Assembly (NCBI GenBank): GCA_032249235.1
Contig: JAVVGF010000003.1
Coordinates: 96,001-160,000 of the forward strand
Direction of reading: 5' to 3'
From: Thermoproteota archaeon
GTDB lineage: Archaea > Thermoproteota > Thermoprotei > Gearchaeales > Gearchaeaceae
DNA: 64,000 bases
Shown here: positions 29,474 to 40,150 of the stretch, piece after piece
Layout of the letters: each line of letters opens with the position of its first letter
How positions within the stretch are numbered: the stretch's first letter is position 1
Notes under the pieces: generated by a model
What the model was told of the DNA's origin: nothing
The model's input: the letters and a program-made list of their open reading frames with translations, nothing else
Database searches by the model: none
Position numbers and translations under genes: made by a program

Positions 29474-30444
29474 CTTTTCAGCGATATAATTTTATCATTT
29501 TAGTTTGTATGCAATTCATTTCTGAGACTAGATCCTGTTTCGCGTGACCTCCATTTAATCTTAGATGATTCCCATTCGATATAAGTTAAATCTTCCTCAT
29601 TAAACCGCTAAAGATTGAAACGTTCCATTATCAATTAAGTTGAAAATTGATATTTATATCCATTTTCAGTCATAATGAAAATCCCCAATTTGGATAAAAT
29701 TAAGGAATACCGCATGAATGAGCTATATTTTCTAATATAAGTATTACTATTCCTCTAGACTACAGGAGAAATAAGATGTAAAAATCAAAAAGAGACCAAG
29801 CATACTAGTAAAAGATTTGCAGGACATACCATTGGTAAGAGGATTCAGGTGATATTTAATCAAAAATACTTATGTAATCTATAATTCTGATTTACGATAT
29901 ATAAGTATAGAAAAATATCAGAGGGCATCTAATTGTAATTACATATTAAAGCAATATGATGTAACCAATTTACAAATAACCATTATTAATTGATATACTA
30001 GGTAATCATTTTCAGTCGACCCCTCATCTAGAGTCATTTATCACAGAATAAAATCTAGATCCGAACAAATAAGAACATGACTTTTAGAGGCTCTTGCTAC
30101 TTACTAATTTTTATATTTTTATTAAATAAAGATAAATACATAATAGTATAATTTTACATTTAAGATATAAGAATCTCATTAAAATCTCGCTTCAAAGTTC
30201 GTTTAATCTCCAGTTATGCGAACCGAAGAAAATAAACTAAAATTAGGTTACCAACCTGTCATAGAGAACTGGAATATGATTAGAACTTGTTTTTGAATAT
30301 GATGTCTTAGTTCAATCTTAGTTGATATAATTATGATAAAATTTGTAAATATATAATGATGAAATGTTACTTATTTGTATTAAAGATTAAAAATATTTGT
30401 TGCGAACTCATGTCTTGCATCTTTTTGAAAACATATATATTAAA

Positions 30445-30834
30445 ATGAATTATTTAATGACTATGGTTAGAAAAACAATTATTTTAGTAGCTCTAGTTGT
30501 AAGCATAATTCAAGTAGGAATAGGTTTGACCATTTATCTTACCAAAAATTACTCAATTGTATGGCTTCATGCAATATTTGGAACTTTGTTGGGTATACTT
30601 ATAATAGCAGGCTTGATTTTGGGTTGTAATTCAAGATTATTAAGAACTCATTTCCTTTCAGCTTTAATATTGATAGTAATTCAGTCTTCTATTTTCTTGA
30701 ATGTAATAGCGAACATTGATCCTTGGTACTTCTTAGGTGGTTTGAAAGGCATGATTCATTTAATCCTAGGCTTTTTAATAATGTTTATAATGATAGGTGC
30801 TACTGCTGTAGAATTTTTTGTTAAGAAAAAGTAA
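30445..30834 (+). CDS. Hypothetical 4-TM membrane protein with intramembrane His residues
   Basis: Four hydrophobic helices; WLHAIFG, RTHFL, MIHLILG. Start uncertain (30445/30457/30463). Confidence 0.65.
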   Translation: MNYLMTMVRKTIILVALVVSIIQVGIGLTIYLTKNYSIVWLHAIFGTLLGILIIAGLILGCNSRLLRTHFLSALILIVIQSSIFLNVIANIDPWYFLGGLKGMIHLILGFLIMFIMIGATAVEFFVKKK

Positions 30835-30864
30835 CTATTGACATGATAAATAGCGCTCACTTAT

Positions 30865-31296
30865 TTATGGGTCTATATTCTTCTCTTTAAAATAATTTAT
30901 TACATTGTTCATTATTTTGATTAAAATATTAGTTAAGTCGCTTATTTTATTATAAATTTGTTTTGGATTTAAATAAACATAATTATGAACAAGTATATTC
31001 CTAAGTTCTATTGCTTCTATGAATTTACTATTTAAAAATTCGTCTATGATTTTATTTTCTAATAGTATAAGGCTAATTTCTCTATATGAGTTAGGTGTTC
31101 TCCATTTCATATAAGAGATTAGAGCTTCGCATACATCTAATGTTGCTTTAATTGCTATTTGCAAATTTCTTTCGCATGTGTCTATCAAATTTTCATCGCT
31201 TAAGAATCTATTCAAATCAACTTCGGATATTTCCCTAAGTCTTCTTATTGCTCTCCAGAATCTATCTATTCTAGCTTTGACTCCTGGAGGCGGCAT
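30865..31296 (-). CDS. HEPN (DUF86/HepT-type) RNase toxin
   Basis: RNILVHNY matches the RX4HXY motif; ERNLQIAI. Confidence 0.9.
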   Translation of the reverse strand: MPPPGVKARIDRFWRAIRRLREISEVDLNRFLSDENLIDTCERNLQIAIKATLDVCEALISYMKWRTPNSYREISLILLENKIIDEFLNSKFIEAIELRNILVHNYVYLNPKQIYNKISDLTNILIKIMNNVINYFKEKNIDP

Positions 31297-31693
31297 CTTT
31301 TATTTCTTTAACAATTCTTTCGTAAAATTTATTAAAGATATGCTCAAAATCCAAATATTCATCTATTGCATTTATATAATCGTCCATATATTCATTGTAA
31401 TCCTTGCAGAAAAGCAAAATTCCATTTGAATAAATTTCATATTTAATTATCGTATTGGCTATATTTAAAGGAATTATATCTATATCTATATTCAATTTAA
31501 TGCTTAAATTAGACATAATCCTTAAGGTTTTATTTATATAATCGTTATTTTTTTTAAATTTTAAAGCTATATCTATATCGCTATATTCTTTAGCCGTTCC
31601 ATGCGCCACTGAACCGAAAAGTATCGCATATATGCAATCTTCTTTTTCGCAGATTTCTATGATGGCTTTCTTTATCTCCTCTAAATTCAGCAC
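31271..31693 (-). CDS. MntA-type minimal nucleotidyltransferase antitoxin
   Basis: LFGSVAHG..SDIDIA; overlaps the DUF86 gene. Confidence 0.9.
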   Translation of the reverse strand: MLNLEEIKKAIIEICEKEDCIYAILFGSVAHGTAKEYSDIDIALKFKKNNDYINKTLRIMSNLSIKLNIDIDIIPLNIANTIIKYEIYSNGILLFCKDYNEYMDDYINAIDEYLDFEHIFNKFYERIVKEIKDAASRSQS

Positions 31694-31873
31694 ATATTAT
31701 TAATCTCAATTGGGCTAATATACTTAAGTATTTTTTTACTATCTTATTTGAAGTTCACATTTTTACATTTCTAATATCATGAATTATTCTTAAATAAATG
31801 TCTAATTTTGTTGAAATTAAAATAGTTAAATTAATTAAACAATATCATTTAGCGTTTCAAAAATGAGTTTAAA

Positions 31874-32716
31874 TCAGCGCTGGTAAGAAACTACCGTATA
31901 TATCTTTTTCTTGCTTGCTTCTTCTGCAGCATCAGGATAAATAAGAAAACCAAATAAGATGCCAATGCATTTAATCTTCAAGTAATCCTTTAATTTGTTA
32001 AATTTTTTGTCAAAAGTTTCTACATCTTTTTTCCTTATTCTGTTTTTCACTTCAGCTATAACTGCAATACTTTCTCCCTTGATCTTCGTTTCAGCATAAA
32101 GATCAACCTCAACTAACTCACGATTAATATTGAAAAATTTTCTTTCCATCTCAGGAACTTTAATTTTAAGATGTCTCTCTATCCAGCCAGGTAAAACTAC
32201 TCTAGCTATGTCTTCAAGACTGAATCCTACTGTTTCTTTAAGACCCTCAAATTCCTCGCTCAAACGCTTTAAACTCATTGCTAATTCATTTAATGTTTTC
32301 TCTGTTCTTTCTTGAGCCTCTGCTAATCTTATAACAGCTTCCTCTAATCTTGAAAGTCTTTCTTCAGTCTTTATTTGAGCTTCTTCTAACTTAGCAAGTC
32401 TTTCTTCAAATTTAAGCTGGGCCTCTTCTAACTTAGCTAATCTTTCTTCAGCTCTTATGAAAGCTTCTTCTAACTTAGCTAATCTTTCTTCAGTCTTTAT
32501 TTGAGCTTCTTCTAACTTAGCAAGTCTTTCTTCAAATTTTTTCTGAATTTCAATCAACTCCTTTATGCTATTTTTCAAATCCTCAATAGCTTTAGTAAGT
32601 TCTAAAACTTGCTTTGTAAGTTTATCAAATTCTTCCCTAGTTACTTTTATCTCCTTAACTCTTTCATCAACTATCTTTAGTATCAGTTCGTAAAGCTCTG
32701 GTGTAAGTGATGCCAC
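31874..32716 (-). CDS. Coiled-coil repeat protein with C-terminal PD-(D/E)XK nuclease-like domain
   Basis: EERLAKLEEAQ repeats followed by GFSLED, EVDLY and AEVKNR. Confidence 0.8.
   Translation of the reverse strand: MASLTPELYELILKIVDERVKEIKVTREEFDKLTKQVLELTKAIEDLKNSIKELIEIQKKFEERLAKLEEAQIKTEERLAKLEEAFIRAEERLAKLEEAQLKFEERLAKLEEAQIKTEERLSRLEEAVIRLAEAQERTEKTLNELAMSLKRLSEEFEGLKETVGFSLEDIARVVLPGWIERHLKIKVPEMERKFFNINRELVEVDLYAETKIKGESIAVIAEVKNRIRKKDVETFDKKFNKLKDYLKIKCIGILFGFLIYPDAAEEASKKKIYTVVSYQR
32340..32540 (-). repeat. 42-bp coding tandem repeat (about x5; EERLAKLEEAxxxx)
   Basis: An exact 57-bp copy starts at 32357 and at 32483 (126 bp apart). Confidence 0.9.
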
Positions 32717-32983
32717 TAAATAATAAATTCCAAATAACTATAAATTAATATGACGAGCATGTTCCTTAAAAATAAGCTTAGAACAAACTTGCGCTGTATA
32801 ATTTCGTTAGTATTTACACAATGAATACTCAAGTAGAGGGATATTTTGATTCGAATAGCACCCGCTTTATCAATAACATGAGCGATCATTAAATGACATA
32901 ATGAAATCGGCTAGTATTAAATTAAAGAATTTTTCATCTCGTTAAAAAAATTAGAATTATAACATAAGTGAATAAAATAACTC

Positions 32984-35788
32984 GTGGAGTATTTCAAAAT
33001 TGCTTATAGAAGTGTCAGAAGAAAAATTTTACTTTTCAGCTCACTTTTTATAATTTCTTGCTTAATCTCTATAATTTTCACAGCATCAAACATAGGTGGG
33101 TATGTAGCTGTATCGGAAGCAATTAGCGAAATAGCAGAAAGAGGAACGGATATTGACATGATAGTTAGGATTAACAAACTTTATGGAAATACTAGTTTTG
33201 ATATAATTGAGGGGACTCTATTTAAAAGTAGAGTAGCGCAAATTCAGGATGTAGTCTTAGTTGATTTCCTCTTCGGAATTTCTTCTCCATTTTATTTCAT
33301 TACCCCCACGTTGGTGCCAATGGAAAGCTATCCAAATACAAGTGTTCCTCCAAAGCTAATCCCACCAATTTATTTTGTCCCAGAAAATAGCAGTATTTAC
33401 AAGGAAATCGGCTTTAAGCCCAATGAAGGAGAAGCCCTTATGGTATGTTATAACCAATGCTATGATATTGGAATGGATAAATTAGATTTTGGAAACTATT
33501 CGTTTAAAATTGTAAAGATCAGCTTTGTTAAATCTTTAGATAAATACTATTTATTTAGCTTTGGTCAAATCCTCATGTTAAATTATAACACATTAGATTT
33601 AACAATATTAAATAAAATAAATATAAATGAAATGGACTTATACGTATATATTAATCATAGCAGAGTAATTAAACCAAATGATTTAAATAAAACCATAGAA
33701 ACATTAAATCAAATAGAAAATAAAATAATGAATTTATATAATATAATCTTTAGCTTTAATGACAAATATATAATCTCTATTATTGATATTTTAAAAAATA
33801 AAATTGAATCGATTAGAAACCAGTATAGTTCATTTTTATTTGGATTTATATTTTTATCGCTTCCTTTAATCTTTATAACAATATACTTAGCTTCATCTTT
33901 AGGAGATTTTGTATTTAGTTTTAAACTTAGAGATATAGCATTATATAAAATTAGGGGCTTTAATATAAGAAAAATTTTTATAATTAACTTGCTAGAGCTT
34001 ATTTTTATAATTGTTTTAGGCTCTTTGCTCGGATACTTTTTATCTCCGCTATTAGTAGCCTTTTCCTTTAATTACAAGTATTTAAAAAGCTTAGAGATCG
34101 CTGTGAATAATGTTTATGCGTTCTCCTTTGCAATTTTGATAGGATTTATAGTTGCACTTTTGGCATTCATTAAGCCTTTGAGAGAAAACTTGAAGAAGCC
34201 TATAATATATGCTTTACAACCCTTACAAAGTAGTGGCGATAAACCTTATAAAAAAATAAGAGTCTGGGCCTCTTTTGTATTGGGGACTTATAAAATAGCG
34301 ATTTGGATATTTAATGTTAAAACCTTAGATTGGCTATTTTATGCAATTCAAACACAGAATTTTGCGTTAGCAATATTTTTTTACGTGTTGAACATTATAG
34401 ATTTTCCTTTGAATTTGTTGGGCCCTTTTTTATTTATATATGGTGTTTCTAAGTTGATTTCTTATCATGCACCTAAGTTAATCGAGAAACTTGTTTCTTC
34501 ATTAAAGCTTTTCATTAAAGATTTCTCAATTTTAGCTGCGAAGAACATTTCTAGAAATAAAGCAAGAAATTCTTTAGTGATATTCACAATTTCTTTGATT
34601 GTATTTTATAGCCTTTTCAATATTACTATTTTATCAACTGTAGAAGATTATGCAATAAGACTGGCTTATTACAGTAGCGGTTCAGATATAACGCTAGTAT
34701 TAACAAATTCATCAAATATCGATGTAGCACTTAACAAAATTAAGAATTTTGAAGAGGTGAAAATGGCTTCTTTAGCATATCTGATTAGAACCAATATCAG
34801 CGATATACTTGCTGTGAACACAGAAGAATTTTTGAAAGTCTGTTATTATGAGAATGAATGGTTCAAGGGTGGCAGTCCAGAAGAGCTTATGAAAAAACTA
34901 GATGCGAATTCTATTATTCTCAACGAAGCTTACGCAAAGAATGGGTTTATTAAAATTGGGCAAAAAATTAATGTGCGCTTGGTAATCGGTAATGCTTATA
35001 ATCTCACATTTACAGTTATAGGCTTCATTGCGGGTTCAACGGATCATACTTCGTTATATCTTGATCTAGAGAAAAAAAATTTAGATTATGAATATTCGCT
35101 TATATCAACAAATAACCTTTCTAGTTTACAAGAACAAATTTCAATATACAATTCAGATTTGCCTTTTAGATTTGGTTTTATTTCTATAATTAACATAGAT
35201 TCTATTAAAAATCTAAATTTAACTTCTCAACCAATTATTTTAATAAAACTTAATTCAATTGAATTGACAAATGTTGTAATTAATAAAATACAAAATGAAA
35301 TTAAAAACGTATTGTCAATAATAACTTTTAAGGATAAATATAATTCAATTAGAGAACAATACTCATCAACGATATTTAGACAAGAGTATATCAATTTTCA
35401 AACTATTATCTCTATTATTTTAATAGCACTTGGGGTGTCATCAGTAGCATTGATAACTTTGTATGAGAAATCTCGAATAATATCTTTGCAATATATTAGA
35501 GGTATAAATAGAAAACAATTATTCATCGTGAACTTTTTTGCAATGTTTGGTACATTGATCATTTCGATCTTAATAGGCGCTTTAGCTGCGTATGCTACTG
35601 TTTTAGGCTATACAAACATTATACCTTTCATTGATTTAAGTTATGGCTTAATAAAAATGAGAATAATAATTTTACCATCCTTCTATATTTACGTAGCATC
35701 AATAATAATTGGAACTTTTTTAAGTTTAATAATTCCTTTGATTTTATTTATTAAAAGAATTCAAGCACAGGTTGAAGAGTTGATATGA
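32984..35788 (+). CDS. Large FtsX/MacB-like ABC transporter permease (duplicated architecture)
   Basis: Two FtsX-like halves (RDIALYKIRG, ISLQYIRG) with large extracellular loops; 4-nt overlap with the ATPase gene. Confidence 0.82.
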   Translation: MEYFKIAYRSVRRKILLFSSLFIISCLISIIFTASNIGGYVAVSEAISEIAERGTDIDMIVRINKLYGNTSFDIIEGTLFKSRVAQIQDVVLVDFLFGISSPFYFITPTLVPMESYPNTSVPPKLIPPIYFVPENSSIYKEIGFKPNEGEALMVCYNQCYDIGMDKLDFGNYSFKIVKISFVKSLDKYYLFSFGQILMLNYNTLDLTILNKININEMDLYVYINHSRVIKPNDLNKTIETLNQIENKIMNLYNIIFSFNDKYIISIIDILKNKIESIRNQYSSFLFGFIFLSLPLIFITIYLASSLGDFVFSFKLRDIALYKIRGFNIRKIFIINLLELIFIIVLGSLLGYFLSPLLVAFSFNYKYLKSLEIAVNNVYAFSFAILIGFIVALLAFIKPLRENLKKPIIYALQPLQSSGDKPYKKIRVWASFVLGTYKIAIWIFNVKTLDWLFYAIQTQNFALAIFFYVLNIIDFPLNLLGPFLFIYGVSKLISYHAPKLIEKLVSSLKLFIKDFSILAAKNISRNKARNSLVIFTISLIVFYSLFNITILSTVEDYAIRLAYYSSGSDITLVLTNSSNIDVALNKIKNFEEVKMASLAYLIRTNISDILAVNTEEFLKVCYYENEWFKGGSPEELMKKLDANSIILNEAYAKNGFIKIGQKINVRLVIGNAYNLTFTVIGFIAGSTDHTSLYLDLEKKNLDYEYSLISTNNLSSLQEQISIYNSDLPFRFGFISIINIDSIKNLNLTSQPIILIKLNSIELTNVVINKIQNEIKNVLSIITFKDKYNSIREQYSSTIFRQEYINFQTIISIILIALGVSSVALITLYEKSRIISLQYIRGINRKQLFIVNFFAMFGTLIISILIGALAAYATVLGYTNIIPFIDLSYGLIKMRIIILPSFYIYVASIIIGTFLSLIIPLILFIKRIQAQVEELI

Positions 35789-36678
35789 AAGGTGTTAGCG
35801 TTAATGTAAAAAATTTGGTCAAAATATACAAAACAGGTAGCATAGAAGTGCAAGCTCTTAGAGGTGTTGATCTAGAAGTAGAAGCAGGAGAATTCATCTC
35901 GATTATTGGTCCTAGTGGAAGCGGCAAAACAACTCTTTTGAATATAATAGGTGGATTAGATTATCCTACTGGAGGTTATGTAAAGGTTGGAGAAATAATT
36001 GTTTCGAATTTAAGTGCCAGACAATTAGTAGAGTACAGGAAAAAATATGTAGGATTTGTATTTCAATTCTTTAATTTAATACCTGAACTTAATGTTGAAG
36101 AAAATATAGAATTGCCTATGATAGCATTGGGCATTAATAAAAAGAAAAGAATGGAAACTATCGAAAGTTTACTTGATATTCTCGGAATTAAGAATAAAAG
36201 ATATAATTTTCCTCATGAGTTGAGCGGAGGCGAACAACAACGGGTGGCGATTGCAATAGCTCTTGCAAACGATCCTCCATTATTATTAGCTGATGAACCA
36301 ACTGGTGAGCTAGATAGCTACAATGCAAAGATTTTGATAAATTATTTCGCTAGAATAAATTCAGAGCTCGGGAAAACGGTGATTGTAGTAACGCATGATC
36401 CAAACGTAGCTTCTGCTACTAATAGAATATACAAGTTAGAAGATGGTATGATAAAAGGTAGCTTTTTACCTTCTTCACTTGCGTCAGATGCTAACGTTAA
36501 ATATTCAGATATTCTCAAACGAAGAATCACTGAAATAGAAGAAGCTATAAAGAAACTAGATATTGAATTTAAAGAAGGAAAGATCAGCCCAGATAAGTTT
36601 GCTGAAGAAAGAATAAGACTTCAACAAAAGAAGCAAACACTGAAAGAAGAACTGGCACACTTGGGGCTTACTTCGTAA
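35785..36678 (+). CDS. ABC transporter ATP-binding protein (LolD/MacB-type) with C-terminal helical extension
   Basis: [30 protein letters not shown]. Confidence 0.93.
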   Translation: MKGVSVNVKNLVKIYKTGSIEVQALRGVDLEVEAGEFISIIGPSGSGKTTLLNIIGGLDYPTGGYVKVGEIIVSNLSARQLVEYRKKYVGFVFQFFNLIPELNVEENIELPMIALGINKKKRMETIESLLDILGIKNKRYNFPHELSGGEQQRVAIAIALANDPPLLLADEPTGELDSYNAKILINYFARINSELGKTVIVVTHDPNVASATNRIYKLEDGMIKGSFLPSSLASDANVKYSDILKRRITEIEEAIKKLDIEFKEGKISPDKFAEERIRLQQKKQTLKEELAHLGLTS

Positions 36679-36863
36679 ATAAAGATTAAAATTTTAGCCA
36701 TTAACTTGAAATTATTATTTATCTACATGATCAATAAAATTTTGTAAAATTAACCTTACAACTGGTAAAGATCACATAGGAATTATTCTGTACTCAGCAC
36801 TATTCGATTTGGATTCAAATCAATACTTTGCACAATTAAATTTTCAGTTATCTTAATAATCTT

Positions 36864-37250
36864 GTGGTTGGTAGAGCTAAAGATTGGTTAAAGCAAGCTG
36901 AAAGGAATTTGAAATCAGCAGAAGTGAATTTAATTAACGAAATATATGAAGAAGCATGTTTTGAAGCTCATCAAGCTGCTGAAAAGGCGATAAAAGCACT
37001 TTTGAATGTTTTTCATAAAGAAGTAAGAGGTCATTCGATAATCTATTTGGCAAGAACTTTGAATATTGAAATTCCAGCTGAGATTTATTCTTGCATGCAA
37101 TGGCTTGATAAGCACTACATACCCAGCAGATATCCAGATGTTTATGACCAAGGAATTCCTGCAGATTACTATAATAAAGATGATGCAGGTAAATGCTTAG
37201 ATTGTGCCAAGAAAATAGTTAACTGGGTTAAAAATGTTGGAAATTTGTAA
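36864..37250 (+). CDS. HEPN domain protein
   Basis: ACFEAHQAAEKAIKA, GHS, LDKHYIPSRYP. Confidence 0.9.
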   Translation: MVGRAKDWLKQAERNLKSAEVNLINEIYEEACFEAHQAAEKAIKALLNVFHKEVRGHSIIYLARTLNIEIPAEIYSCMQWLDKHYIPSRYPDVYDQGIPADYYNKDDAGKCLDCAKKIVNWVKNVGNL

Positions 37251-37602
37251 ATTATATAAGGACTTGAAGCCTAAATTGGTAATCCTTTTTGGATCCTATG
37301 CTAGAGGAGATTATACAAATGAAAGCGATATAGACGTGCTTGTTGTATCTGATAATCTGCCTTTAGATCCTAGAGAATCTTTTGCAATAACTTACAATCC
37401 TGAATATCCAAAGATTATGCCAGTAGCTATGCATACTTCTGTTTTTATAAAAAAATTAGAAAGCGGTGATACTTTCATCCTAGAAATTTTAGAAGACGGT
37501 AAAATTATTTGTGGAGATGAAGAATTCATAAAAGAAACTCTTATAAAATATAAAGAGGTTAGAAAGAAATTCAAGAGAGAAGGAAAAGTTTGGTCATGGT
37601 AA
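37234..37602 (+). CDS. Minimal nucleotidyltransferase (MNT)
   Basis: LFGSYARGDY..SDIDVLVV; overlaps the HEPN gene. Confidence 0.9.
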   Translation: MLEICKLYKDLKPKLVILFGSYARGDYTNESDIDVLVVSDNLPLDPRESFAITYNPEYPKIMPVAMHTSVFIKKLESGDTFILEILEDGKIICGDEEFIKETLIKYKEVRKKFKREGKVWSW

Positions 37603-37763
37603 CTTAGAGCTAATTCTATGAGAACGAAATGAAAGTCTTACATCAAGTTCGTTCAGAAATTTGAGTTTTACTCAGTTTTCTGGTTTATAACATATAACAC
37701 TTCTGGCTTTCTTAATTTCCGTAGATTAAACAACAATATATAGCATAGCTTATTTTAAGAATT

Positions 37764-38669
37764 GTGGAAATTAGAAAAATAATAACGCTTGAGCCTTCAT
37801 CTACTGAAGTAGTTTCATTCCTGGATGGAGATACATCTAGAATAGTGGGTGTTAGTGATAAGTGTGATTATCCTCCAGAAGTTATCTCTAAACCAAAGAT
37901 TGTTAAAAGTCTTATCAATGTTAGTGAGGAGATGTCTTCTTTAGAAATAGATAAGGAAGTGAAGAAACATCTTGCTAGCGGAAAGCCTATTTATGAAATC
38001 GATTGGAATGCTATTAAAGAGATTAAGCCAGATTTATTAGTCGGACAGTCAATTTGTGGTGTCTGCGCCTTTCCAATCAACTCTTTATTATCTCATCCAC
38101 ATAATAGAATACCGCTTGAGGAATTTTTGATATATGATTATAGTCCAAGAAATTTTTACGAAATCTTTCTACAAATTTATGAATTAAGCAAAATAATAGG
38201 AAGAAAAAATAAAGCTGAGGAGCTTCTAGAATATCTTTATTTCTTTGAGAAGGAACTTAAGTATTTAGGTAAATCTAGAAGAATAGTAATGCTTGAATGG
38301 ATAATGCCCATCTATGTAGCAGGACTTTGGATATCTCAAATTATAGAAATGTGTAATGCCAAAACGTTAATAGCTTCAGGTGAAGAAGGAAGACATGTAG
38401 ATTGGGATGTGATAAGAAACTTCGATCCAGATATTATTCTTATATCACCTTGCGGATTTGGAGTTAAAAGAACGCTAAAAGAGATTGATTTGCTTTATTC
38501 TCTTCCAGGTTGGAAGGATACAAGAGCATTCATAAAGAAAAACATTTACGTAGTTGATTCCGTATACACTTCAAGAGCTACCCCTAGAATAGTTGAATTC
38601 GTAAAAAACTTCATGGAAATACTTAACGAAAATGAACCTAGAAGAGAAGTTATGATAAGATTGGAATAA
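37764..38669 (+). CDS. BtuF/Fe-siderophore-type substrate-binding fold protein lacking a signal peptide
   Basis: IITLEPSSTE, VGVSDKCDYP, IKPDL, LEW, SPCGF, SRATPR. Confidence 0.78.
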   Translation: MEIRKIITLEPSSTEVVSFLDGDTSRIVGVSDKCDYPPEVISKPKIVKSLINVSEEMSSLEIDKEVKKHLASGKPIYEIDWNAIKEIKPDLLVGQSICGVCAFPINSLLSHPHNRIPLEEFLIYDYSPRNFYEIFLQIYELSKIIGRKNKAEELLEYLYFFEKELKYLGKSRRIVMLEWIMPIYVAGLWISQIIEMCNAKTLIASGEEGRHVDWDVIRNFDPDIILISPCGFGVKRTLKEIDLLYSLPGWKDTRAFIKKNIYVVDSVYTSRATPRIVEFVKNFMEILNENEPRREVMIRLE

Positions 38670-38741
38670 TTGTTTTTTTGTAGTTTTATGCTAGTATTAT
38701 CCTTAATTTTTTGCAAAATAACTATTAATTACTTGATTATT

Positions 38742-40013
38742 TTAATAGATTAAACTTATTATTTTAGTGTAATAATTTTCAATAAACGAATTATAATATC
38801 GTCTTAATTTAATTATCATATAATCATTAATAGATATATAAATGTCTTTAAAATAACTAATTAAACTTATTTGTGACTTAATATTTGGTTTTAACTTTAC
38901 TATTTTGTCATCGTCTTGTTTAGGTGTACCTCTTCCATCCATGTTGCTCGTGGCTAAATAAATATAACCTTCTTTATCTACTGCAATATCTCTTATTCTG
39001 CCTAAAGTTTTACTTAAAATAGTGTAGTAGTTAACCACTTTCTTAGGATTGTTTTTATCAAAATCTACAACTAGGACCTGTTCGCCTCTTAGACATGCTA
39101 CAAGCAGCTTTCCTTTAAGTTCAGGATAAACATCTCCTTTGTAGAAAACTATTCCTGAAGGAGCCCATGTATCGCTTCCACTTTCTAATATAGGATTTAT
39201 GTAATTATTATCATTTCCAACACCTACGATAAGAGGCCAACCATAATTCCCACCTGCAATTATCACATTTATCTCATCATGTGCAAATCCTTTTTCTCCA
39301 CTAGGCCCATGCTCGCTTTCATACATAATGATACCATTCCAATCTATTCCTTGAGGATTCCTATGACCATAGCTATAAATGATAGAAGCGAATGGATTAT
39401 CTTGCGGTATTGAACCATTTGGATTTATCCTCAAAATTTTACCTGCTAAGCTATTCAAATCCTGTGCTAAATTTGGCTGAGCTGCATCACCTGTGGTAAT
39501 GTATAGTTTTTTGTCAGGACCGAACTTAATTCTTCCTCCATCATGAATGCTAGCCCCAGGTATTTTATCTACAAGTATCTTTTCTTCGATTAGAGAATCG
39601 TTAACTAATTTGAACATAGAAACTCTATTCCAAAGCCTATCATTTTCTTGATAGGTGTAATAAAGATAAACATATGGCAAGTTAGGAAAATCTGGATGCA
39701 AAGCCAAGCCTAGAAGACCTCCTTCACCAATTTCTTTAACATTGATATTAACTTTGAGTTCAATCAATTTTCCTTCATAAAAAACTTTAACTTTGCCCGG
39801 TCTTTCAGTGAAAAAGAGCTTTCCGTTCTTATCGAAGGCTAATGACCAAGGCGTATCTAAATTGGAAACAACTATTTCATAGCTATATTCATTGTTCTTT
39901 CGAGGAATTTCTCGAAATATGATAGGGTATACAATAATTGCGACGATAAGAAAGACAATAATAAATGTTAAAAGCATAAGCAATAGCTTAAATCTACTCA
40001 CTACAAGATTCAT
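38742..40013 (-). CDS. PQQ-dependent aldose sugar dehydrogenase (GSDH family), membrane anchored
   Basis: PWSLAF, TERPG, GLLG, HDGGRI, GHRNPQG, GGNYGWP, GRIRD. Confidence 0.92.
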   Translation of the reverse strand: MNLVVSRFKLLLMLLTFIIVFLIVAIIVYPIIFREIPRKNNEYSYEIVVSNLDTPWSLAFDKNGKLFFTERPGKVKVFYEGKLIELKVNINVKEIGEGGLLGLALHPDFPNLPYVYLYYTYQENDRLWNRVSMFKLVNDSLIEEKILVDKIPGASIHDGGRIKFGPDKKLYITTGDAAQPNLAQDLNSLAGKILRINPNGSIPQDNPFASIIYSYGHRNPQGIDWNGIIMYESEHGPSGEKGFAHDEINVIIAGGNYGWPLIVGVGNDNNYINPILESGSDTWAPSGIVFYKGDVYPELKGKLLVACLRGEQVLVVDFDKNNPKKVVNYYTILSKTLGRIRDIAVDKEGYIYLATSNMDGRGTPKQDDDKIVKLKPNIKSQISLISYFKDIYISINDYMIIKLRRYYNSFIENYYTKIISLIY

Positions 40014-40150
40014 CCTTAAACAAGTTGATATATTTTTGGATCATTCTATGTTTTAACAAGTATGAAAATCGAAACCCTTAATCATCTTACTTGACCGAAA
40101 TTATTGTGAATAAATTCTTATAAAAGATGTGTTCTTACTAAAATTGAAGC

